In this document: piece by piece, positions 23,992 to 33,931 of the stretch
Layout: the number at the start of each line of letters is the position of its first letter
Numbering within the stretch: position 1 is the first letter of the stretch
Assembly: GCA_017654855.1 (NCBI GenBank)
Contig: CM030338.1
Location: forward strand, 3,162,001 to 3,226,000
Source of the DNA: Podospora anserina
Taxonomy: Eukaryota
Length of the DNA stretch: 64,000 bases
Direction of reading: 5' to 3'
Program-made: the position numbers and the translations under genes
The notes under the pieces: generated by a model
Databases searched by the model: none
Told to the model about the DNA's origin: nothing
Seen by the model: the letters and a program-made list of their open reading frames with translations, nothing else

Positions 23992-26358
23992 CTAAGCCCA
24001 GCTCTCCAAATTCCTCAACTCACACCCATTACCACCCTCCGGCCTCTTCGTCAACCTACCCAAAGTATACACCTTCTCACCAGCCTCCTCCAACCCCTTA
24101 ACAACACCCTCAACACCCTCAGCAGCAACAGCAACCACCATGCCAATACCAGTGTTGAACGTCCTGCCCATCTCGGCGGGCTCAACGCTCTCGGCAAGCC
24201 ACTTGAACACAGGCGGCAACTCCCACGCCGCGACATCAATCTCAGCAGAGAGGTGCTTGGGCAACATGCGGGGGACGTTCTCAGTCAGACCACCACCAGT
24301 GATATGCGCCATACCCTTGACAGCAGCAGCACCGGGCTCAGAAGCCAGAACCTTGAGCAAAGGCTTGACATAGATCTTCGTGGGGGTCAAAAGCGCCTCG
24401 CCGACAGACTTGGAGCCGTCCCATGGGCAGGCATCTGTGTACTCAAGGCCACACTTCTGAACGACCTTGCGGACGAGGGAGAAACCATTGGAGTGAACAC
24501 CAGAAGAAGTAAGACCGATGAGGACATCGCCTTCAACCATGGCATCCTTGCGGGGGAGACGCTGCTCAGCCTTCATGACACCAATGGCGGCGCCGGCAGC
24601 ATCGTAGTCATCGCCAGTGTAGAGGTCAGGCATCTCAGCCGTTTCACCTCCAACAAGAGCACAGCCAGACTCGAGGCAGCCCTTGGCAACACCCTCAACG
24701 AAAGAAGCAGCAACGGACACATCAAGGCGACTGCAGCCGTAGTAATCGAGGAACATGAAGGGCTCAGCACCCTGGACGACAAGATCGTTGACGTTCATGG
24801 CGACGAGATCAATACCAACGGTGTCGTGCTTGTTCATCTTCTGGGCAATGATGAGCTTGGTGCCGACACCGTCGATGGCACCGACAACGATGGGCGCACC
24901 GGGGAAACCGGCCTGGGAGAGATCGACCTCTCCACCGAAGCCACCGATCACAGCGTCGGCGCCAGCGCGGCGGGTGGTGGCCACGGCAGCCTTGATGCGG
25001 TCGACAAGCTCGTTTCCGGCATCGATGCTCACACCAGCTTGGGCATAAGTGAGCTTGCCAGAAGCCTCTGACTCACGGAAAGCACGGTGAGCAATGTCGT
25101 TGCGGTAGTACATGCCATCAAAGTTGATGAGCTTGACGCCCTCATACGCCTTGTCAACAGCAGCACGGAGAGACTCGCCAACAGCATTCGCAGCAATGAC
25201 ACGGCCACCATCAGTGACCAAAACGTCACCAGTGAGCTTGGTACCAGCGTGGAAGATGGTGATATCTTGGGGAGCAGCTGACACCTGCATGGGGATATTC
25301 TTGGGGTATGACTCGGGGTAGCCAGGGGCAGCAACCACCACGGTGGTGGAAAACTTGTTGGACACCTTGACGGGGACGTCCTCGAGGTAGGGGATAGGGC
25401 CGGCGCAGGCGTACATGATCTTGGCGAGATCGGACTCGAGCAATGGCAGAACCGTCTGGGTCTCCGGGTCGCCAAAGCGGACGTTGTACTCGAGCACCTT
25501 GGGGGTGCCATCAGGGGCAATCATCAGGCCAGTAAAAAGGCAGCCCTTGAAGGGGAAGCCATCCTTGCGCATACCATCAATGGTAGGCTGAAGAATCTCG
25601 CGCTCAACACGAGCGAGGAGCTCAGGGGTAGCGAGCTTAGTGGGCGCATAGCATCCCATACCGCCAGTGTTCAGCCCAGTGTCGCCATCGCCAATTCGCT
25701 TGTGATCCTGGGCAGCAGGCAGGGACTTGATCGTGGTACCGTCGCAGAAAGACAGGATGCTCAGCTCGTCACCAACCAAAAATTCCTCAATGACGACCTC
25801 GTTGCCAGCATCACCAAACGCCTTGTCCTGCATGATATCCTTCAAACCCTGCTGAGCCTCCTCCTGAGTCTGGGGAAGGATAACACCCTTGCCAGCAGCC
25901 AAACCAGTGGCCTTGATGACAACATTGTGCTTGACAGTCTTCAGATACTCGCTGGCCTTTTCGTAGTCGGAAAAGTTCTCGTAGGCGGCAGTCGGGATGT
26001 TGTGCTTCTTCATAAAGTCCTTGGAAAAGGTCTTGCTGCCCTCCATGCGCGCGGCCTCCCTGGAGGGGCCAAAGACGGGGATGCCGGCCTCGCGGAAGTA
26101 GCCCTCGATGCCGTCGACGAGGGGCGCCTCCGGGCCAGGGACGACGAGGTTAATGTTGTTCTTCTTTGCGAACTCGACGAGGCCGGGGTAGTCGTTGGGC
26201 TTAACGGCGGTGGTGTTGGTCACCTTGGGTAACCCCGCGGTACCGCCGTTGCCAGGAACGGCGATGATGGATTCCACATATGGCGATTGGGAGAGCTTCC
26301 AGGCAAGGGCGTGCTCGCGGCCACCGTTGCCGACCAGCAGGATCCGAAGAGACGACAT
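23992..26358 (-). CDS. ADE5,7: bifunctional phosphoribosylamine-glycine ligase / AIR synthetase (GARS-AIRS)
   Basis: GNGGREHAL, VVPGPEAPL, GLAAGKGV, QDHKR, EYNVRFGDPE (GARS); YAQAGVSID, DGVGTK, GGETAEMP, HITGGGL, TFNTGIGM (AIRS); intronless. Confidence 0.98.
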   Translation of the reverse strand: MSSLRILLVGNGGREHALAWKLSQSPYVESIIAVPGNGGTAGLPKVTNTTAVKPNDYPGLVEFAKKNNINLVVPGPEAPLVDGIEGYFREAGIPVFGPSREAARMEGSKTFSKDFMKKHNIPTAAYENFSDYEKASEYLKTVKHNVVIKATGLAAGKGVILPQTQEEAQQGLKDIMQDKAFGDAGNEVVIEEFLVGDELSILSFCDGTTIKSLPAAQDHKRIGDGDTGLNTGGMGCYAPTKLATPELLARVEREILQPTIDGMRKDGFPFKGCLFTGLMIAPDGTPKVLEYNVRFGDPETQTVLPLLESDLAKIMYACAGPIPYLEDVPVKVSNKFSTTVVVAAPGYPESYPKNIPMQVSAAPQDITIFHAGTKLTGDVLVTDGGRVIAANAVGESLRAAVDKAYEGVKLINFDGMYYRNDIAHRAFRESEASGKLTYAQAGVSIDAGNELVDRIKAAVATTRRAGADAVIGGFGGEVDLSQAGFPGAPIVVGAIDGVGTKLIIAQKMNKHDTVGIDLVAMNVNDLVVQGAEPFMFLDYYGCSRLDVSVAASFVEGVAKGCLESGCALVGGETAEMPDLYTGDDYDAAGAAIGVMKAEQRLPRKDAMVEGDVLIGLTSSGVHSNGFSLVRKVVQKCGLEYTDACPWDGSKSVGEALLTPTKIYVKPLLKVLASEPGAAAVKGMAHITGGGLTENVPRMLPKHLSAEIDVAAWELPPVFKWLAESVEPAEMGRTFNTGIGMVVAVAAEGVEGVVKGLEEAGEKVYTLGRLTKRPEGGNGCELRNLESWA

Positions 26359-26877
26359 TTTTGAGTTGTGTTGGGGGTGGTTGTCACACTTGCGTGACTG
26401 GAGCAAAGTGAGTCGTCCCTGACCCAGCAGCGCTCTCGGATTGCCCCTCCATTTCTGTCAAAATGAAAATCCGGGGCAGAGAAATTTTACCCCTCCCCCG
26501 CGCTTGTTATCGACAGGGCACCGCTGATTGGCCAATTCCTGTCTGATTAGCGGATAGGGACGGAGTACGTACCTTGAGAGAAAGAGAAAAAAAAAAAAAG
26601 CTCAGCATGTGAGTCGGGCTGTGGAAAAGCTGGACGCAATAGCTGATGATAGAGTGAACACTGGAGCTCTCTGTGAGCTGTCGCTGAGTTCTGGCTCTCA
26701 CCAGCCTTAGCGTTATGCTTCAGGGCGCGCCTTGCTCTCAGTACCAACCGAGCTGTCCAATTTCTGATCTTCACACTGCTCTATTGTGAAACCAGGGTTC
26801 CCGACTTGTTCGCCAACACCATTTTGAAACTCTCAAGGGTTGCATGAAGTGAGGAATGCAAAAACTACAAAAATGAA

Positions 26878-26988
26878 TGATGAGAGTGGGATTCGAACCC
26901 ACGCCCTTTCGGACCACGGAATCTTTTGAGAAGATGTTGATTAAGGAAGACCTTAACGTGGCGCCTTAGACCGCTCGGCCATCTCACC
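26878..26988 (-). tRNA. tRNA-Leu (AAG) with intron
   Basis: GGTGAGA TGGCCGAGCGGTCTAAGGC..CCACG TTAAGG [intron] CGTGG, long variable arm TCCGAAAGGG, GGTTCGAATCC..TCTCATCA. Confidence 0.96.
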
Positions 26989-27260
26989 GTACTGATTTGT
27001 TGAAAGACAAGCCCAAAGCGACGGCTCATGATGCTGCTCAAGGTCAACCGACCAAGCGCATGTTCAAGACCAACCGTCCACAAGAGCTCCTCATATGTCC
27101 CATAATGCACGAGGTCTTTCAAAAGATAACATCAGTCTTCAAATCATATTCATAACATGTCAAACAAAACAAACAACCCAGCCAGTCATGCTATCCTTCC
27201 AGCCCGCCATCCCATATGTTCATCCCTACACCACTATCCAACACCATCATCCCCGGGCAT

Positions 27261-30200
27261 TCACAGAGTGTCCTCACCCTCATCTTCCTCATCCTCATCC
27301 AGCAACTCACTGACCAAACTCTTATCATCTCCATCCTCCTCCGCATCATCTTCCTCAATACTCTTCATCACCGGCTCCGTCCTGCTCAACACAACCGTTG
27401 CCTCCTCCTCCTCTTCATCCTCCTCCTTGATGATGCTCCCTGCCCTGGATGAAACAACTGAGCCCTCCCTTCCAGCATTGTTTCCAGCACCAGCACCGGC
27501 CACACTCCCCAGCCCAACAGAACTAGCCCTGCTAACGCTCCTCCTGTACCTCTGTACTTGACCTTCAGCCGAGTTCATTTGCGCCGCCACAGCAGCAGCA
27601 TCAAGCTGGTTGACAATCTTGCCAAGCCCAACATGCAATTTGTACAGAGAGTTCCGACTCGTCGCATCAGTCAAAAGACCATTCTCAACAGCCTCACAAA
27701 CCAGGGCATAGATGTCTCTAGTGAGCTCCTCACTTGAGGCCGGAGACACATAAAGTTTGCCAAGCAGCGCAGCAATAATCTTCTTTTCCTCTCCTGTCGT
27801 CTCGTTAGCACTCTCCACACGGCCAAACGTGAGAGGGAAACGGATCAAACTTACTCGGCACACTGCCAGACAACCTCTCCAAAATCCCCCTCGCAAACTC
27901 CAAATGCACATCCGCATTCACATTCTTCCTCTCCCCCTCCACCCCCTCCTCCTTGCCCGGGTAGTAACACTTCCTCGGATCCGTCCAGTCCACCAAGCAA
28001 GCGCCAATCGTCGCCAAACTCACCATCTCCTCATCCACATCCGCGTCATCATCCTCCAGCCCCTCCCTCACATTATACAACGTGTGCAGCGCATCCAGCG
28101 CAACAATCCTCATCAAGTCCTGATTCTCCGCCCGACTGTAGCAAAACACCGGCAGGAAATAATTCAGCGCCTGCCTGACAGACTGGTTGTCACTGCTCGC
28201 CGGCTCAAAGTACGCCACAACCAACGTCTTGAGCAGCTCCGCAGAAAAGTCATGATCAGAAATCACCCTCCCAAGCAGCAACTTCGACACCGCCACCGTA
28301 GCAGAAGCCTGCACCTCAGGATGCCTCGCCCCCGACCTCAAAGCCTTGATGTAGACCTTCAACAGTGTAGGGTTAGCAGACAACAGCTGTGACCCATGCA
28401 CATTCAAAATGTCCGTCAAGATGTTCAGCGCCGTAATCTGCAGCGCCGTATGCCCCTTGCTAAAAAAGTGCATAAACAGCGTCAAATTCTCCTCCGCCAG
28501 CGACCTATCCAATAACGAACACAAACCCAGACAGACCAGACCCCTCTCCCGCACAGGCGCCTCGTGGGAACGGACAGCTGGCACAACAAGATTGTTAAGC
28601 ATTGAAACCAAGTGGTCGTTTTGCTGGAGATCGCCCGTCACGTTGGCGAGCATGCACTGCACGATATGCAAGCACTTCATGTTGATCATGATCTCCTTGA
28701 TCGCCTTCTTGGCCGCCTCCTCCTCGGACAGCGCAGGGACGTTCTTGTTCTTGGAGGATTTGGTCGGGGTGGTGTCGCCGTCGGGGGTGGACACCTCTGA
28801 CTGAGCCGAGTGGAACGATTCATCGTCGTTATCGTTCTCGCTCGCGGGCGGCTCGTCGACGATGGTGTCGTGCACGTCGGCTACGGCTTCGAGGACGATG
28901 GAGCAGAATTCTTTTTCCCCGGCAGCGTCAGGGGCGCAAATGTCGCGGAGGACGTTGACAGTCAACTTGGTCACCTCGTCAGGGAGTTCGGGAATCGAGA
29001 GGGTCTGTCGGAGGAGGGAGAACATCTTGCGACGACCGACTTCATCAGAGTAGTCGAGCGTGAGGGCGATGTGGAGGAGCTGTTCTGCTATGAACTCCTG
29101 CTCCACCGTGTCCTCCTCCTCTTCCTCTTCAAGGTCTTCCTGCTCTTCGGCACGCTTGATGGCGTCGATCAGGACCTTGATGTAGCGCTCGAGGTAGAAG
29201 GCTACCTTGGTGACTTCGGGGAGCTTCTCCTCGACGAGCTGCTCAAACTTGCCGTTGCCCTCGCTGCGGCAAAAGTCGTTGAAGGTTCGGCAGACAAAGA
29301 CGGACTCGGCGCTCAGAGTCTCGAAGAAGGTGTCGTCAAAGACCATGGCTTCTCTGTAGTCTGGACGACCTTCCCAGAAACCCTTCATGGCTTCAAGACC
29401 GATGCCGTTCTCGCCACCAGAGTTGATGACATCGATACGCTCCAACAACTCAAGGAGCGCGTCGAGGTTAGGGGGTGAAACCTCAGCCGGCTGACCGGTC
29501 TCAGCAGGCGGTGGTGTCCCCGCGCAATCCTCGATCCAGCGCTCACGGAACAGACGACCGGCCGCCTTACGGACGTTCTCATCTCTGTCGCGCAAGCCCC
29601 ATCGGAGCAGCTTCTCCCTCATCGAAAGTGACAAGTGCCTAAAATCACCTAGCGCGGGAAGCAGCCGCGAATACACCGACCTCCTCGTCGCCGCATCTTG
29701 ATCCCTCGCCCTCTCAAGCAGAAAAGGCAACGTCTTGGGCAGAATAGGCAGATTCACCAAAAGCGACCTCCTGACATCAGCGCTGGGATCGTTCTGCAAC
29801 ACCTCCAGCAACTTATCCAAGAGGCCACTGCCCGCACCACCCCCCTCGCTATCCTCCGAATCTTCTTCAGCCTCGACCTCATTCCCCGCCAGTCTCCCCA
29901 ACCCGAGCACAGCCTGCACCCTCACCATGGCCTCCTTGTCCCGAATCCTCTTCAACAACCCCGACCTCAGCTTCTGAAACAAATCATCATCAATCGCATC
30001 CAGCGAGCTGATAATGTGTGAAATCAACTGCGTCGACCGATACCTCACAAACTTGTCCTTCGCCTGCAGCAACGGCAAAATCGTTGCCATCAGATACGTC
30101 GTGAGTCTCGTAGCAGGCGTCTCAGGCATAGTACTAGTATCCATATCCGCCTCGCCCGTAATCTCATTGTCCTTGTCAATCGCATGCCGCAAAAACAGCC

Positions 30201-30600
30201 CAATGAACCTGACCGTCTTCTCGCCTACCCCTTCCGACTTCTTGACGGGCATGACGCGCAGAACGCAGCGGACAAACTCGGTGTTGAAGTCATCCTCGTC
30301 AAAGTCGCCGAGGTTGGTAGTCGTGGCAGTTTTCTTGGTAGCCGTTGGCTCATAGCAGCAGGCTTCCTGCATCTTGCGGAGGGTGACGGCTAGCTTGCGG
30401 TGGGAGGCGGTGGTGCGCTGGGCGTCGCGGAAGACGGCGGCGACTTGCTGTCGGAGGGCGTTGTCGGGGCTTTCTTCGGGGATGTTGTAGTTTACGGCTG
30501 GGGAGGAGCGGGAGGTGGCTGTTGCTGTTGTGCTGGCGCGGGAGGTGGCGCCGCCGCCGGCGGTGGAGGAGCGGGTTGATCTTGTTGCTCGGGGGGCCAT
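27261..30600 (-). CDS. YCG1: condensin HEAT-repeat subunit Ycg1/Cnd3/CAP-G; intron 27794..27854
   Basis: AKDKFVRYRSTQ, RIRDKEAMVRVQA, NDPSADVRR, ERARDQD, LDYSDEVGRR, RQALNYFLPVFC; a GTAAGT..GCTAAC..CAG intron links the two ORFs. Confidence 0.95.
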
Positions 30601-31219
30601 GCTGGCGACGGGGTTTTGTGCGCGCCGTGGGCTGGTTTCTAAATGTTCAAGTTGTATTTTTGATCCGGTTCAGGAATCGCATTGGGAGTGTCGTTGTGAA
30701 GGGTGTCGTCGTGTCGTAGGAGAATGGCAGTGGTTGTTACAGAAAAGGAGCCTGACAAGTGAATGGCGACTTTGCGAATGTTGTTTGTTTACCCAGCAAT
30801 TTCCTGTTCGAGATTAGCGCGCGAAAGTTTGGAGGGGTATGACCCACAGCTTGGCAGGGACGTCTCAAGGCCTAACAAGATAACAGCGATACCGTCGACC
30901 ATCTTCAACAGCCTTTCCAAGTAATATTAAAGGCCTTCAGACTATCTTTGGAGGTTTATTAAAAGTGTAAAGGCATGTTAACATCATGAAAGGCTTATTG
31001 CACTCTATGTAAGGCCTATCAATCATCTTTTAAGGCATCACGACTATCTTCAAAGGCCGTGATTCTAGCGGCAAGGAGCACGAAAGCCCCCACTTTTCGC
31101 ACGATAAGCTTCTTATCAACCCACCTCCCTGGGGTTTTTTTTTCTTTCCAATTGTCAATTGAGCCAGGGACCAGCTCCTCGGAAAAACCACCAAAAATTC
31201 ACATACCAAATTCGCAACA

Positions 31220-33520
31220 ATGGGAGCAGATAAAAAACGCCAACGCGAGGACGGCCCCGTCGAGGCCACCACCTCTTCCACCGACCAATCCTCCTCCAAC
31301 CCTAACAAAAGACCCAGAGTCGACAAAAACCGATCCCTCTTCGTCCGATCCCTCCCCCCATCAGCCACCAGCGAGTCCCTCACCAACTTCTTCTCCCAAC
31401 ACTACCCCGTCAAACACGCCACCGTCGTCCTCGACCCTAAAACCAAAACCTCCCGCGGCTACGGCTTCGTCTCCTTCGCCGACCCCGAAGATGCCATCGA
31501 GGCCAAGATCAAGCTCAACAACGAGCTCCTCGACGGCCGCAGGTTGAGGCTCGACATTGCCCAGCCCCGTCTCCGCGATGCCGCGAAGGTTAGCACCGAG
31601 GTCGCTGCAAGAGTCGTCACCGAAAAGCGCCAGCGGGAGGAGGAGCTGGCTGAGCAGAGAAAGGCGCCCAAGCTTATTATTCGTAACTTGCCTTGGAGCA
31701 TCAAGTCGTCGGAGCAGCTTGCCAAGCTGTTCCAGCCTTTTGGCAAGATCAAGTTTGCGGATTTGCCCAATTCGAAGGGGAAGCTTTCTGGTTTTGGGTT
31801 CGTCACGCTTCGGGGTCGCAAGAATGCAGAGAAGGCGTTGGAGGCTATCAATGGCAAGGAGATTGACGGGCGGACGGTGGCGGTTGATTGGGCGGTTGAT
31901 AAGCAGACTTGGGAGCAGCACAAGGAGGAAGAGGAGGGTGGTGAGGAGACCAAGACTGAGAAGAAGAAGGCCAAGAAGGCGAAAAAGGAGGAGGAGAAGG
32001 AAGAGGAGGAGGACCCGAACATGACACAGGAGGATCGCGATCTGGCGAATTTCTTCAAGAATTACGGCAAGAATCTCGAGGATGAGGTGGAGGATGATGA
32101 TGAAGATGTCAACAGCGAGGACGAGGACGAAGATGATGACGAGGAGAAGGATTCAGACGAGGAGATGGACGAGGATGGCGATGCCGAGTTTGAGGATGCA
32201 TCAGACGACGAGGAGGAAGAGGCAGAGCCGGAAAAGAAGCTGTCCACTGACAACTCCACCACCGTCTTCATCCGCAACCTCCCTTACACCGCCACCGACG
32301 AGCAGCTTAAGGCCCACTTTGAAACCTTTGGTGCAGTCAGGTACGCTCGCGTGGTCAAAGAGCGCGGCACCGACCGGCCCGCGGGTACTGGATTCGTCTG
32401 CTTCTTCAACCACGACGACTATGTCTCCTGCCTCAAGGGCGCTCCCCGTCGCCCTGCCCCCACGCTGGCCAAGCACTCCGTCCTGCAGGACGAAACCCTC
32501 GACCCCGAGGGAACGTACACCCTTGACGGCCGTATCCTCCAGGTTGCCCCTGCCGTTGACAAGAGCGAGGCTGCGCGGCTGCAAGAAATGAGCGCGTCCA
32601 AGAAGGACAAGGACAAGCGCCGTCTTTTTCTGCTTCAGGAGGGTCAAATCCCCGCTAGCTCGCCCGTTTTCAAGACGCTCTCCGATCAGGAGATCAAGAT
32701 GCGTGAGGCGAGCGCGAAGCAGAGGAAGAAGCTTATTGAGAGCAACCCGGCGCTTCATATCTCGCTCACCCGCCTGGCGGTAAGGAATATTCCTGCTAAT
32801 ATGGACTCTAAGGCCCTGAAGGCGTTGGCCAGGGAGGCGGTGGTGGGTTTTGCGAAGGATGTCAAGGAGGGGAAGAGGGCGCCGCTTTCGAAGGAGGAGA
32901 ATCTCCGGGGTGGTGAGCAGGATAAGGAGGCGGAGAGGCACAGGAAGGAGAAGGGGAAGGGGGTGGTTAAGCAAGCCAAGATTGTGTTTGAGACGGTGCA
33001 GGGGAGCAAGATTGATGAGAAGAAGGCGGAGGGAGGGGGGAAGAGCAGGGGGTATGGGTTTATTGAGTACACCTCGCACCGCTGGGCGTTGATGGGGTTG
33101 AGGTGGCTGAATGGTCATGCGATGAAGAATGAGGCGGGGAAGACGAGCAGGTTGATTGTGGAGTTTGCTATTGAGAATGCGAATGTTGTGCAGAGGAGGA
33201 GGCAGCATGAGCAGAAGATTCGGGAGGAGGGGCCGAGGGCGCCGGGGTCGAGGGCGGAGAGGGAGAAGAGGGAGAGGGAGAGGGAGAGGGGGAGGAAGAA
33301 CAGGTGGGAGAGGAAGGAGGAGAAGAAGAGGCCGGATACGTGGAATAAGAGTAGCAAGGGGAAGAAGAGTGCTGTTCCCAAGGAGGAGAAGGGTAAGGCG
33401 GAGCCGCAGACGAAGGAGGGGAAGAAGAATGCGGAGGCTAAGTTGGCCATGAGGACGAAGATTGTGGCGAGGAAGAGGGAAATGAGGAAGAAGAAGGCGG
33501 AGCTCAGGGGTGAGAAGTAA
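31220..33520 (+). CDS. NOP4: nucleolar multi-RRM ribosome biogenesis protein Nop4/RBM28
   Basis: Four RRMs (RGYGFVSF, SGFGFVTL, AGTGFVCF, RGYGFIEY), acidic tract, LHISLTRLAVRNIP, RLIVEFAIEN. Confidence 0.95.
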   Translation: MGADKKRQREDGPVEATTSSTDQSSSNPNKRPRVDKNRSLFVRSLPPSATSESLTNFFSQHYPVKHATVVLDPKTKTSRGYGFVSFADPEDAIEAKIKLNNELLDGRRLRLDIAQPRLRDAAKVSTEVAARVVTEKRQREEELAEQRKAPKLIIRNLPWSIKSSEQLAKLFQPFGKIKFADLPNSKGKLSGFGFVTLRGRKNAEKALEAINGKEIDGRTVAVDWAVDKQTWEQHKEEEEGGEETKTEKKKAKKAKKEEEKEEEEDPNMTQEDRDLANFFKNYGKNLEDEVEDDDEDVNSEDEDEDDDEEKDSDEEMDEDGDAEFEDASDDEEEEAEPEKKLSTDNSTTVFIRNLPYTATDEQLKAHFETFGAVRYARVVKERGTDRPAGTGFVCFFNHDDYVSCLKGAPRRPAPTLAKHSVLQDETLDPEGTYTLDGRILQVAPAVDKSEAARLQEMSASKKDKDKRRLFLLQEGQIPASSPVFKTLSDQEIKMREASAKQRKKLIESNPALHISLTRLAVRNIPANMDSKALKALAREAVVGFAKDVKEGKRAPLSKEENLRGGEQDKEAERHRKEKGKGVVKQAKIVFETVQGSKIDEKKAEGGGKSRGYGFIEYTSHRWALMGLRWLNGHAMKNEAGKTSRLIVEFAIENANVVQRRRQHEQKIREEGPRAPGSRAEREKRERERERGRKNRWERKEEKKRPDTWNKSSKGKKSAVPKEEKGKAEPQTKEGKKNAEAKLAMRTKIVARKREMRKKKAELRGEK

Positions 33521-33931
33521 GGCTGATGGAGTTGTTTTGTGTATGGGCTTGAGAGAGATAGATTCGAGCGGTTGTTGTTAGCATTATCAAAGGGGTGTAA
33601 TTCAATGAGGGTATTATCTGCGCCAATACACTGTCGTGTGTGTGCTCTGTCTACCATGAAATGGAGGCTTTTTACTGCTCGGGAGCCCAACTGAATCACA
33701 TTTATTTTCATTCTGCCGTATTCCAACCGTTGGAGGTTATTTTGACTCGCATGATGATCTGACTCCTACACAAAATGATGCCAAAAGTATCTCTACTATA
33801 TACCACCCTTTTCAGTCCGACACGACAAAGGTCCCAAGTATTATTGACAGAATGCGTCTTGTGATCATCCAAAAGGGGAAAGACGACAAGGTGCCCATCT
33901 TCCAGAAAGTCCTCTCTCCCCGTCCCCCATT

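Noticed and set aside
26408-26618. Two GTGAGTCG motifs upstream of ADE5,7 as Gcn4/Bas1 sites
   Set aside because: They miss the TGACTC/GAGTCA core by one base; not supportable without conservation data
24253-33726. Many 100-335 aa antisense or alternate-frame ORFs over ADE5,7, YCG1 and NOP4
   Set aside because: Low-complexity shadows of well-supported genes
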